From assembly GCA_963921275.4 (NCBI GenBank), contig OZ001293.3, positions 6,752,001 through 6,816,000 of the forward strand: a stretch of DNA of 64,000 bases, written 5' to 3'. The stretch comes from an uncultured Hormoscilla sp. (lineage in GTDB: Bacteria > Cyanobacteriota > Cyanobacteriia > Cyanobacteriales > Desertifilaceae). Below, piece by piece: positions 32,470-43,070 of this stretch. The position numbers and the translations under genes were made by a program. The notes below the pieces were generated by a model. The model was not told the origin of the DNA and made no database searches. It was given only the letters and a program-made list of their open reading frames with translations. Positions within the stretch are counted from its first letter, which is position 1; every line of letters starts with the position of its first letter.

Positions 32470-32775
32470 GCTTGCACAATATCAAAAAAATAGTAATATT
32501 ACGGAAGACATTTTCTGCTGAAGTGTGTGCAAATATATAAACAATATTCAAACTGCGCACATCTAACCCTTCACGTCTTTGGCAACTTGCTCAAAAGGCA
32601 CTCAACAACGATTAGTTCAGCGCCAGTAATTTTCCTTGCCACAGGGATGCATCTCACTTTGGCATCTGAAATTTACCATAGATTATTTTCTATAGCAATA
32701 AAAATTATATCTAATATAATTCTGTGGTTTTTTCAGAAAAAAAACATTTTCTGTGATAGGATGACAAGAAACAGG

Positions 32776-33825
32776 GTGAACAGCGACTTTGAAGGAAAAG
32801 TGGAGTTGAAGCCAGCCCTCAAAGTCTGGAACTTGTACTCCTACAATCTGCACAAAGCCACCTACGAAGGACTCAATAAACTGCTCGGACGGGAGAACAC
32901 ACGCAACTTTATCATCGGACGGGGCAGCTATGTTGGTTCTCACCGATATGCAGGCTTGTGGACTGGGGATAACTCTTCGGACTGGGATTTCCTCCAGATG
33001 AATATTTCCCAAGTCCTGTCTCTAGGTATGCACGCCTTGGCAATCACGGGTCAAGATATCGGCGGCTTTGAAGAGGCAGCTTATGATGGCGGCAAGTGGG
33101 CGAGTCCAGAACTGGTGATTCGCTGGACTGCGGCAGGGGCTTTCTTACCCTGGTTCCGCAATCACTACGTTCGCAAAGGGCGCAAAGAGTTCCAAGAACC
33201 CTTCCAGTATGTAGAGTGGTTTAATAACTATAAGGGCGGCAATATCCCAGAACCCCAAGACTTGTACCGCATGGTTCCCGACATTTGCAGGCATTACATT
33301 ACATTGCGCTACCGACTGATGCAGTTGTTCTATGATGCCTTGTTTGAGAACACCCTGGATGGGATGCCCATCTGTCGTCCTTTATTCCTCAACGATCCCC
33401 AAGACGAATCCCTCTACAATGATAAAGACCAATTCCTGAACGACGAATTCTTTGTCCGCAAGGATCTACTGATTGCTCCAGTGTTGCGCCCTCAATCTGA
33501 AGACAACAACAATGGCCGGCGGGATGTCTATGTGCCCAAAGGTAGCAACTGGTATTGCTTTGTGGACAACGTTATGCCTCTTGGTGCTGCGGTAGAAGGG
33601 GGCACAACGATACGGGATTTTGATGCCAATCTGAATACCAATGGCGATCACATTCACTTTATCGTTCCGATCCACGTCCGGGCAGGGGCAATCATTCCCA
33701 CAATTGAGATCGAACAATATGTGGGACAATTGAATGCAGAAGGTAAGCCCAATCCCATTACCCTGAATGTCTATCCAGGGAAGGAAGGGGAATACCACAT
33801 GTATTTGGACGATGGGGAGCGCTAA
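32776..33825 (+). pseudogene. Internal fragment of a GH31 enzyme resembling alpha-1,4-glucan lyase
   Basis: LYSYNLHKAT, RNFIIGRGSY, AGLWTGDNSS.W.F..SQVLSLG, PWFRNHY, YLDDG; 5' half (nucleophile motif) missing; 3' end cut by a MITE. Confidence 0.8.
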
Positions 33826-33916
33826 GTACCTAGGCAAAATTAATTTTATATGAGATCGCCGCCGAGCAAGCGTTACAGTCTGATTCGATATAAAAATAAT
33901 TTTGTACGACTACTTA
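33823..33916. mobile_element. Short MITE-like element (TAAGTAC..CAAAATTA / TAATTTTGT..TACTTA)
   Basis: Imperfect terminal inverted repeat; supplies the stop codon of the GH31 fragment. Confidence 0.55.
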
Positions 33917-33944
33917 CTCGCACTACCCACGAGATGTAGCGCGC

Positions 33945-34110
33945 TAATCGTCTCCACAACCCAGGTCAACGGCTAACCGTGAAGTTCCCTCCAGCTTTTC
34001 GGCATCAAAACTATTCAATGCTAACAGCAGGGTCTTTCTCGGCGGACGGCCACCGCCTGATAATAGGCTACCCAATCTCGGTCTAAAAATTGGCTTTGAT
34101 TTCGACCTTC
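33945..34110 (-). pseudogene. N-terminal fragment of a class I SAM-dependent methyltransferase
   Basis: RDWVAYY..GRPPRKTLL.AL..AVDLGCGD then stop. Confidence 0.55.
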
Positions 34111-35345
34111 TTTATCTTTTGCTATAATTAGCATAGTAACAATTTACCTTCAGGACCAGATTATGATTCTTAGCGATCGTAATTCTTTCACTGCGAAACC
34201 GGTTGTCACCGGTGCAGTTAACATCTATGAGCGATCGACCGGGAAGGAAACCGCTACGATCGTAAGTAATATCAAGTTCTAGGCGATTACTGTTCCAGTC
34301 CCTGTTATACCATTTTGTCAAGATTTGCTACAAATGAAAGTCTGTAATCGGCGATTTTATCAAGAGATCTAACAGCGCTAGATCCCCGCAAACCCCCCTT
34401 CCCAAGGGGAGCAATCAGGCGCCCCCCCAATTGCCACGGGGGGGTTTGGAGGCTTTCAAGGGTATGTTTTTTATTTTTACCATATCCAACTGAGTGGGGG
34501 AGTGGGGAGTGGGGAGTGGGGGAGTTTGAACCGATAAAAGTGATTAATTGTCTAGATAATTATCCCGAAAGTCTCAAGGTTTACCCCCTAACCGCCTCTC
34601 CCCAACACCGCCTCTCTCTCTCAGACAAACCGAAATGTAAAAAACATACCCCTGTAAGGAGTTTGGGGGGGATCGGAGGTGCCGCCGTTGAGGTCTCTAC
34701 TAACTGTATCATCATTTTTTCAAAATGGTATTATTAATTATTATCATCACCCCAAAGACAATGCTTAACTGTTAATAATCATTACCGAAACCAAAATCTT
34801 TTGGGGTTAATATAATTAAAGTCAGGTTAATCGGGGACCGGAGGCGATCTCCGTAGCAGTGGTAGCAGTTTTCAGAGAAATAAAAACCGGGGATAGGTCT
34901 AAGTTCACGATCGTTTTAGCTGGCTAGAGGACAATACTTCACCTCCTGCATCACTTGACACACATGAGACAATATAGTTACGCCATCGGAGCGATCGCCT
35001 ACTTTATAAGTACCGAAGTTACTAAGGACGGCCCGATCGTAGTAAAGATTCGGTTGCACTCCGGACGGGATGATAAGTACCGTGCCCGTACCATGCCCGT
35101 ACCATGCTAGTGTTTCCGGCGAGCGATATAGATTAATATCTATATATTGATTAGTAATTTTAAATTAGCAACCATCATCCACATCCGTGCAAGGCCATTA
35201 AATAAATATTAAATTGCCACGATCAAACAGAATTGTCAGTTAAGGTGCAAAGAAGATAAAATGTTAAGCAGTTGTTAAGTATAGTGAGGGCCAGAGGAGC
35301 GATCGTAGCAAGATAGAATCGTCCGGCTAGAATAGGCAGTAAGGT

Positions 35346-36398
35346 ATGGAAAAGGACAAGCAAAAAGAAAAGGTTCCCAGTTCACTGCTAACCCTAACGG
35401 CGGGGGTGGTAATCACCCTGGTCAGCCTTTGGTATGGTCAAAATCACGGTCTCATGCCAGAGCAAGTATCGAAACAAGCAGTGCTAGTAGACAATTTCTT
35501 CGACATCATGATGACGATCGGCACCGCCCTGTTTTTGGTAGTGGAGGGGGCCATCTTGATAGCGGTAATTAGGTTTCGTCACCGTAAAGGAGATGACACT
35601 GACGCAGTGCCGATCAAAGGGAACTTGCCCTTAGAAGCATTTTGGACGGCAATTCCGGCTATCTTAGTCATTGGCCTGGGAATCTACAGCGTGCAAGTTT
35701 ACGAAGACATGGGAGGATTTGAGGTCAGCGGTCATCACATGATGGCTGCGGGCGATCGGTCCGCGGACGGCCCGAAAAATCGCGCGATCGCGGCCCCAAT
35801 AGCTGCGGACACAGAAGGAATGATAGCAGAAGCGACAGGGTTGCGTGCCGAACTTGGGTATAAAACCGAGAGCGAGTATGGCTTTGGAGCCAGCCCAGAA
35901 CGGGCAGGCAAAGCGGCGGATGTAGTAGTAAATGTTACAGGCATGCAGTTTTCTTGGGAGTTTGAGTATGAAGATACGGAGGTAGACTCAGCGGACAAAC
36001 TGCACGTGCCATTGGGGAAAGACATACTGCTGAACATCTCCGCAGGTGACGTGATCCACTCCTTCTGGGTACCGCAGTTGCGCCTCAAGCAAGATGCAAT
36101 TCCCGGCAGCGACGCGCAGCTGCGGTTCGTAGCTACCAAGACAGGAACCTACCCCATAGTCTGTGCGGAACTCTGCGGCAGCTATCACGGTATGATGCGG
36201 ACGGAAATGGTGGTAGAAACAGAGGAAGAATACTTAGATTGGTTAGCCGAAGAAAGCATTGCCCTCCAGCAAGATAGTCTTCAAACAGTTGCTGTGAACC
36301 CAGCAGATGCAACCCCATCAGAATTTCTGGCTCCTTACGCGGAAGAAATGGGGATTGATCCCAATATACGAGCAATAATCCACCAGCACAATTCCTGA
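35346..36398 (+). CDS. coxB: Cytochrome c oxidase subunit II
   Basis: DVIHSFWVP and CAELCGSYHGMM (CuA). Confidence 0.97.
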   Translation: MEKDKQKEKVPSSLLTLTAGVVITLVSLWYGQNHGLMPEQVSKQAVLVDNFFDIMMTIGTALFLVVEGAILIAVIRFRHRKGDDTDAVPIKGNLPLEAFWTAIPAILVIGLGIYSVQVYEDMGGFEVSGHHMMAAGDRSADGPKNRAIAAPIAADTEGMIAEATGLRAELGYKTESEYGFGASPERAGKAADVVVNVTGMQFSWEFEYEDTEVDSADKLHVPLGKDILLNISAGDVIHSFWVPQLRLKQDAIPGSDAQLRFVATKTGTYPIVCAELCGSYHGMMRTEMVVETEEEYLDWLAEESIALQQDSLQTVAVNPADATPSEFLAPYAEEMGIDPNIRAIIHQHNS

Positions 36399-36423
36399 GA
36401 AATATTAGCAGTCAAAAAAAGAT

Positions 36424-38118
36424 ATGACAGAAGCGCAGATCAAACCAGAAATTCCCGAAAAGCAGCTTCTTGCTGCCCATTCTGGGCAGCAAGAAGCATG
36501 GAAGTGGTATGACTACTTCACATTCAACACGGACCACAAAGTCATAGGCATCCAATATCTGGTCACCGCCTTCATGTTCTATCTGATCGGCGGTTTGATG
36601 GCGATGGCTATGCGTACCGAACTGTATACTCCCGATTCAGATTTTCTAGATCCGTCACTATACAATGCCTTCCTCACCAACCACGGGACGATCATGATCT
36701 TTCTGTGGATTATCCCTAGTTCTATTGGTGGCTTTGGCAACTTCCTGGTGCCCCTGATGATCGGTGCCAAAGATATGGCCTTTCCTAAGCTGAACGCGAT
36801 CGCCTTTTGGCTAAACCCCCCAGCAGGGACGCTGCTATTGGGCAGTTTCTTCTTCGGGGGCGCCCAAAGTGGGTGGACCTCTTATCCTCCCCTCAGCCTG
36901 ATTACCGCTTCCACGGCGCAGTCGATGTGGATACTCAGCATCGTCCTGGTGGGAACATCCTCGATTTTGGGGTCCCTGAACTTTATCATTACCATTTGGA
37001 AAATGCGGGTTCCGACCATGAATTGGGACCAGCTACCCTTGTTCTGCTGGGCGATATTGGCGACCTCCATGTTGGCATTGGTTTCCACGCCAGTGTTGGC
37101 AGTAGGCATGATTCTGCTGTTGTTCGATATCAACTTCGGTACGAGTTTCTTTCAACCCGACGCGGGAGGTAATGTAGTAGTTTACCAGCATCTGTTCTGG
37201 TTCTATTCCCACCCAGCCGTCTATCTGATGATTCTGCCGATCTTCGGCATCATGTCGGAAGTGATTCCCGTTCACGCCCGCAAGCCGATCTTTGGTTATA
37301 AGGCGATCGCCTATTCGAGTATGGCCATTTGCCTTGTAGGTATGGTAGTCTGGGTTCACCACATGTTTACCAGCGGCACCCCGGCATGGATGCGGATGTT
37401 CTTCACCATCTCCACCCTAATCGTCGCAGTACCCACGGGGGTAAAGATCTTTAGCTGGGTAACTACCCTCTGGGGCGGCAAAATCCGTCTTAACAGTGCC
37501 ATGCTATTCGCCATTGGCTTATTGGCGATGTTCGTCCTGGGGGGACTCAGCGGCGTCACCTTAGGAAATGCGCCCTTCGACATTCACGTCCACGACACCT
37601 ACTATGTCGTTGCCCACTTCCACTACGTTCTGTTTGGCGGATCGGTATTTGGCATTTACGCTGGCATTTACCACTGGTTTCCCAAAATTACGGGGCGGAT
37701 GATGAACGAAACTTGGGGTCGGATTCACTTTGTCCTCACCTTCATCGGCACGAATCTGACCTTCTTGCCCATGCACGAACTGGGTTTGAAAGGAATGCCT
37801 CGGCGGGTAGCGATGTATGACCCCCAATTTGTCAGTCTGAATCAGATTTGTACCTACGGAGCTATTTTACTGGGCTTGTCGGTGATTCCCTTCTTCGTCA
37901 ACGCGATCTGGAGTTGGAGTCAAGGTCCAGTTGCAGGTGACAATCCTTGGCGGGCTTTGACCTTAGAGTGGCAAACCACTTCGCCCCCTGCCATTGAAAA
38001 CTTTGAGGGCATCCCGGTGATATCCTGGGGTCCATACGATTACGGCATGAACCATCTGAACGGCAAGAAACTAACTGGCGAAGTCATAGCCCAAGCAAGT
38101 GCCGCTAGCAAGAATTGA
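36424..38118 (+). CDS. coxA: Cytochrome c oxidase subunit I
   Basis: DHKVIG, WFYSHPAVY, VWVHHMF, VVAHFHYV. Confidence 0.98.
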   Translation: MTEAQIKPEIPEKQLLAAHSGQQEAWKWYDYFTFNTDHKVIGIQYLVTAFMFYLIGGLMAMAMRTELYTPDSDFLDPSLYNAFLTNHGTIMIFLWIIPSSIGGFGNFLVPLMIGAKDMAFPKLNAIAFWLNPPAGTLLLGSFFFGGAQSGWTSYPPLSLITASTAQSMWILSIVLVGTSSILGSLNFIITIWKMRVPTMNWDQLPLFCWAILATSMLALVSTPVLAVGMILLLFDINFGTSFFQPDAGGNVVVYQHLFWFYSHPAVYLMILPIFGIMSEVIPVHARKPIFGYKAIAYSSMAICLVGMVVWVHHMFTSGTPAWMRMFFTISTLIVAVPTGVKIFSWVTTLWGGKIRLNSAMLFAIGLLAMFVLGGLSGVTLGNAPFDIHVHDTYYVVAHFHYVLFGGSVFGIYAGIYHWFPKITGRMMNETWGRIHFVLTFIGTNLTFLPMHELGLKGMPRRVAMYDPQFVSLNQICTYGAILLGLSVIPFFVNAIWSWSQGPVAGDNPWRALTLEWQTTSPPAIENFEGIPVISWGPYDYGMNHLNGKKLTGEVIAQASAASKN

Positions 38119-38237
38119 TCTAAGAAACCAGGTAATTCCGGCAACACCTGGTTTCTGGGCTACTGGTTCAGTTGTAGGGTGGGCACCGCCCACCTGACGC
38201 TAGAAATAGCTTAATATTGGAGGAAAGACAAGAAATT

Positions 38238-38867
38238 ATGCAAGGTTCAACGGTAGATCATCCTCAAACACTGCTAGACTCAACGGCCCCTAATCCGGTG
38301 TCAACCCATCACGAGGAACATCCAGATTACCGGGTTTTAGGGTTGCTAGTGTTCCTGATTTCCGAATCTCTCATGTTCGGCGGACTGTTTGCCTCCTATT
38401 TGATTTACAGAGGCGGTGCCGCAACTTGGCCTCCTGAAGGCACGGAGGTAGAACTATTACTGCCTACTATTAACACCATCATTCTGGTTTCCAGCAGTTT
38501 TGTCATTCATAATGGCGATACGGCAATCAAGCAGAATGATGTTTCTCGCATGCGGCTTTGGTATGTTGCTACAGCAATTATGGGCATCATTTTCCTAGGC
38601 GGTCAGGCTTACGAGTATCTAACTCTCGGTTATGGTTTGACTGAAAATGTATTCTCCAACTGCTTCTACCTGATGACTGGCTTCCACGGGTTGCACGTAA
38701 CGGTGGGGGTTTTGCTGATTCTGGGAGTCTTGTGGCGATCGCGCCGTGATGGTCACTATAGCGACACCAAGCATGTGGGGATAGAAATGGCTGAAATCTA
38801 CTGGCACTTCGTAGATATCATCTGGATTATCCTGTTCGCACTCCTGTACATTCTCACCATGTTTTAG
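38238..38867 (+). CDS. coxC: Cytochrome c oxidase subunit III
   Basis: LISE..F, TGFHGLHV, YWHFVDIIW. Confidence 0.97.
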   Translation: MQGSTVDHPQTLLDSTAPNPVSTHHEEHPDYRVLGLLVFLISESLMFGGLFASYLIYRGGAATWPPEGTEVELLLPTINTIILVSSSFVIHNGDTAIKQNDVSRMRLWYVATAIMGIIFLGGQAYEYLTLGYGLTENVFSNCFYLMTGFHGLHVTVGVLLILGVLWRSRRDGHYSDTKHVGIEMAEIYWHFVDIIWIILFALLYILTMF

Positions 38868-39144
38868 AATTAAGAAACCAGGTTTTTATCGAAAACCTGG
38901 TTTCTGGGCTACCATTCGATCGCGCTATACTCCCAAAGAGATTGCGCTGCGCGCACACGGCTACGCCTGCGCTAACGGGGGGACTTCCGGTGTTCCCGAC
39001 AATGGCAGTCAGGGATTCCCCCCTCGATATCTCTGGGGTAGTGCGATTAGCGCGTCCCCTCTGGGGGATATCGAAGCAATGACAATTACAGGAGGCCCCG
39101 AAGCAATTATATACCTCTTTATCTATGCAGCCAGACAAGAGACC

Positions 39145-39714
39145 ATGATAAAAACAGTCCCCAAACCAATGACCCTAGAAGAGTTTCTGGAACAGCCAGA
39201 AACCAAGCCTGCCAGGGAATATCTCGACGATCGCATTATTCAGAAACCAATGCCTCAAGGAAAGCATAGCTTCATTCAATCGGAACTCTTGACAACCATT
39301 AACAGTCTGGCCAAACCCCAGAGTCGGGCTTATGCGTTCCCAGAACTGCGCTGCACCTTTGGAGGACGATCGATCGTTCCCGATGTAGTTGTATTGCGTT
39401 GGGAGAGAATTCCCTCCGACAATCGCGGTGAGGTGGCGAACTCGTTTGAAAGCCATCCCGATTGGACGATTGAAATTTTGTCTCCCGGGCAAAGCCAAAC
39501 TCAGGTCATTAATAAGATTGGACATTGCATAGAATATGGCTGTCAACTCGGGTGGTTAATCGATCCAGAAGAACGATGCGTCTTAGTTTTTTCCCCGGGA
39601 CTAAGCCTAGGAATCTTCTCCAACGACCAAGAGGTTCTGCCAACACCAGACTTTTTAGCAGAACTCGCTCTCACGAGCGATCGCCTGTTCGCTTGGCTGA
39701 AATTGTCGGGTTGA
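39145..39714 (+). CDS. Uma2 (DUF820) family endonuclease
   Basis: TLEEFL..PETKPA, PELRCTFGGRSIVPD, PDWTIEILSP. Confidence 0.92.
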   Translation: MIKTVPKPMTLEEFLEQPETKPAREYLDDRIIQKPMPQGKHSFIQSELLTTINSLAKPQSRAYAFPELRCTFGGRSIVPDVVVLRWERIPSDNRGEVANSFESHPDWTIEILSPGQSQTQVINKIGHCIEYGCQLGWLIDPEERCVLVFSPGLSLGIFSNDQEVLPTPDFLAELALTSDRLFAWLKLSG

Positions 39715-39894
39715 GGTGCTGGCCAAATATCGGACAGCCGCTGCGCTAACGGCAGTCCCGAACTTAAGAGCGATCGCCTTTGGGAAGGAACTCCAGCAAT
39801 TCTCTTAGCAATTCCCGTCAATCTGTGCTAGAAGGAAATAAATCCGCTCTCTATTCCTGTCAATCTGGTTAAGTCGTGCCAAATGGGAGGCGGG

Positions 39895-40152
39895 TTACCA
39901 CTTCAGAAACGCTGCACCCGCCACTCCCCGATCGCGCCTAATTTTCCCATCTTTTTCAAACCAGTCAATCACCTGCTGATGGGTGAGATCTTCGACCAGG
40001 ACAGTATCGGCAGCGATCTGCTTCAATAGTCTTAGAGATGAAATCGTCAATCTAGTCAAAAACTTCTCAGAACTAGATAGTAGGGCTTTGTCTACATCTG
40101 CTGACTCTTCTGGGGTTAAAAATTGCGCTGATGGTTGTGGTCCTGCTTCCAT
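39895..40152 (-). CDS. Conserved cyanobacterial hypothetical protein (duplicate of 48889-49146)
   Basis: QFLTPEESADVDKALLSSSEKFLTRLTISS...LKW. Confidence 0.8.
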   Translation of the reverse strand: MEAGPQPSAQFLTPEESADVDKALLSSSEKFLTRLTISSLRLLKQIAADTVLVEDLTHQQVIDWFEKDGKIRRDRGVAGAAFLKW

Positions 40153-40205
40153 GAAATTTATACTATTGATATATTTACATTAGCTAGCTTTTAAGTAGCC
40201 GTAGT

Positions 40206-40611
40206 TTATTTACTTTTCCCTACCTGCAATACCTGCATTGCTGTCAAAGGTGACTCTTGACCCAATTCTGACAGCAGCGCCGACGCGATCGCATCATCTC
40301 CGGCAAACACTGCTTCTTCATAAAGTCCTGACACCAGAGTCAATACTGTAATCTGCTCCTGTATCGGGTCAACGATCCAATATTCGGCAATTCGGAGGGC
40401 TTGATATTGCGATCGCTTGTAGCGATAATCTCGGGAAGCATTTTCCTGTCCGGGGCTGACTACCTCTACCACTAACTGCGGCCGTGGCATATCGGGCATC
40501 ACGATCAAACGACTCGCCCCTTCCAATGCTTGCGCTAATTCCTCTGTCAGCACCGCAAAATCTGGGAGTCGCACTGACGATCGCGTCCCACTCACCGCCA
40601 CTTCTATCCCA
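40206..40611 (-). pseudogene. 3' fragment of duplicated Uma2 gene
   Basis: Highly similar to the 3' two-thirds of 49618-50238 and 50340-50960. Confidence 0.85.
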
Positions 40612-40752
40612 TTCTCCCCACATATTAGTGAGAAAATCCACACTGGCACCGAGAACCTTAAAGCCAATTTCGTAATAGTCCAGTTCGTGGGTAATGAACT
40701 CTGTTTCAGTCAGCACCGCGACCTTTTTTCCTTGTAGTGCTTTATAGGACAT
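40612..40752 (-). pseudogene. DJ-1/PfpI-family protein, N-terminal remnant
   Basis: LQGKKVAVLTETEFITHELDYY...LGASVDFLTNMWG, then fused to Uma2 sequence. Confidence 0.7.
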
Positions 40753-40898
40753 TTTTTTCTTTGACAATTGAGTTTGAGTATCAGCCAGAAACCCGGTTTC
40801 TGGTTACCCTATCAAGCATATATCAATACTCTGACAAGAGAAACCCGGTTTCTTGGCCGACAGTTGCTAAGGTTGCAACTAGAGCTTGGCTTTAGGGT

Positions 40899-42491
40899 TT
40901 ACCGAACATCAGTAAACATGACTTTTTGTTGCTTGAAACCCGGAATGGGTTGAACCTTCCGACCATTGTCATAACAAGGTTCTATGAGCGAGTGAACCTT
41001 GGCCGCAAACAGGTAAGGACGAATTTGAGTCTTCTCGGGAATTTCTTTAAAGGCAAAGTACAAGGTGGTGGGCAAGTTGTGAATTGCTTGTCCGGTTATA
41101 TAGCCAACGAGATCGTGCTCGAAGCTGTGGAAGGCATTTTTCCAAGAATGTTGCTTGGGGAAGCGAATATCGGGAAGATTGTCCCGCGCATTCACCCAGT
41201 GCCAAATGCCACCATGTTTGTGGTCTACCATATGCTCGAACCAGTAAGCATAGGTGGTGGGCAGATATTTTGCGTAGGAGGGGATCCCGCAAGCTGAAGG
41301 TGGCGGCTGTTTGATCTAGTTCCGCTAAAATCCACCACTCTTTATCCGTTTCCAGTTGGCCGTATTGATTGATGCGCCGTCCCCAAGTCCCATCTTCTAG
41401 AAATGCTTCTTCAAAGATTAAAGGTACTTTTTCTTGGGCAAAGGCCGTGAGTTCGTAATGCCCGGTTAACTTGCCGATTTCATAGATCAACCACAAGGTT
41501 TTAATGGAGTGACCGAAGTCCGTATGGTCGGTTCCCAACCTTTGCTCGATCGGGTCGGTAATCGCACCGAAGAAAATATTGTTGTCTGGGGTGTAGAACT
41601 GCTCGGCCATAATTGTGGCCAGATGCACCAAGTCATCTTCCCATTTTGACCGCAGGGGTTTGCCGTTAAAGGTTTCTGGCAAGGTGGGAGTCAACAACAA
41701 CATATAACCGTAGACTTGGTCTAGTTGAGCGACTAATTCCCGTTGTTCGGTGCTAACTTTTTCTTCCGTACCGTCTGGATTGACGTAATCTACGTAATCC
41801 TCATGGGCCCAAGCGAGCAAATCCCATTCTTCGTCGTAATAGGTGTCAAAAATGTAATCTTTGAGAGCGACTATATCTGCCAATACATCGGTATCGCGGG
41901 TGAGATAGTAGTAAAATCCCAAGCCAGCAACAGCATAAGCCATGTCTTGACTGATGCGTCGAGCTTCACTCGGTAGGCCGACCCCATCTTCAAAGTAGGT
42001 GTAGGCTCCACCTTCTGGGGCTAAAGCGTGTGCGTGCAAATAGTCTACTCCAGCTTTAGCCAGTTTCAGGTATTTGCTCTCTCCGGTGAGATTGTAAGCA
42101 ACACCGTAGGCAAAGATTTGTCGGGACTTGGCGCGGACGTACTCCCGTTCGGGCTTGACGATACCGGGAACGGGATTTTCCAATTCCGGGCAGGGCTCTA
42201 CCATGTTGTACAAAGACCCGTCATTGCAGCGATAGGTGGGGTAGTTGCCAACGGGACTGCCCCATGCTGTCTGCATTTCCCAGAAGGGCAGCAAGTCTTC
42301 TTCCAGTGCTGAAGCCAACGACCGCCGGTGGGAACATCGCTAATAATTCCGTCGATATTATCGACAGGATATTGACGAGCCTCCGAAACGAATGCGGAAG
42401 CCGGTGTAACGCCATATACGCACAGAAGTGCCAAACTCAGCAATAGGCTGGCTGCCATCTTGAATAGACGATGGCGAGTTATGTCGAACAT
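40899..42491 (-). pseudogene. AGE (N-acylglucosamine 2-epimerase)-family protein with signal peptide; two 1-bp frameshifts (about 42305 and 41281)
   Basis: LLPFW, SRQIFAY, DFGHSIK, KEWWILAE, WKNAFHSFEH; leader MAASLLLSLALLCVYGVTPASA. Confidence 0.8.
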
Positions 42492-42561
42492 GAAAACTCT
42501 TCTTTTCTTTTGAGGTTGCCAAAAAAACACAAAGCCTTTTCTCTGGGCTTGGTTCTTCTCC

Positions 42562-42590
42562 ACTATATCCCCCTTATTTTTCAATGTCAA
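42562..42590 (-). promoter_or_regulatory. Sigma70-type promoter for the AGE/DJ-1 unit
   Basis: TTGACA-N17-TATAGT on the minus strand. Confidence 0.75.
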
Positions 42591-42715
42591 GCCCCAATAT
42601 CTACTTTTTTTTAGTCCCTTTATCCACCTTTTGGGGCCTACATGCACAAACTAAATAAGAGGCGAGAATATCTCAGAACCACAACCACCGGCGATCGCAC
42701 TGCAGGAGAATCCCC

Positions 42716-42754
42716 AAAAAAGAGCGATCGCCCAGGAAAGAGGCGATCGCTCTT
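42716..42754 (-). terminator. Terminator hairpin downstream of lodB
   Basis: AGAGCGATCGCC-loop-GGCGATCGCTCT followed by a T run (minus strand). Confidence 0.65.
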
Positions 42755-43070
42755 ATGCTATTTTTAATTTTTGCTGACAATTGGAGCTGGGTTTCCAAAG
42801 CTTTAGCCCCGGGCTCCCAAGATGTCAACTAAGGAGCCTATTTATAGCAATTTTCATGAAAGTTGAATCATGTCCTAATTTATGTTTGCTATTCCCAAGG
42901 GCCCGTTCCCAAAAAGCCTAAAGCCAATAGCATGTATTCAATCAACCTGAAAACCGCTGTAATTGAGGAATCGTACAACGCTCCCAAAAATCTGCCGATA
43001 CAACACCCCTGCTTGCCACAGATCAGTTCCAAACTGAACAGAGATCGCTCTCCTGGGAGAAACTAACAAA

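Noticed and set aside
32527..32775. N-terminal extension of the GH31 ORF
   Set aside because: AT-rich read-through upstream of a deletion breakpoint, with no recognisable GH31 motifs.
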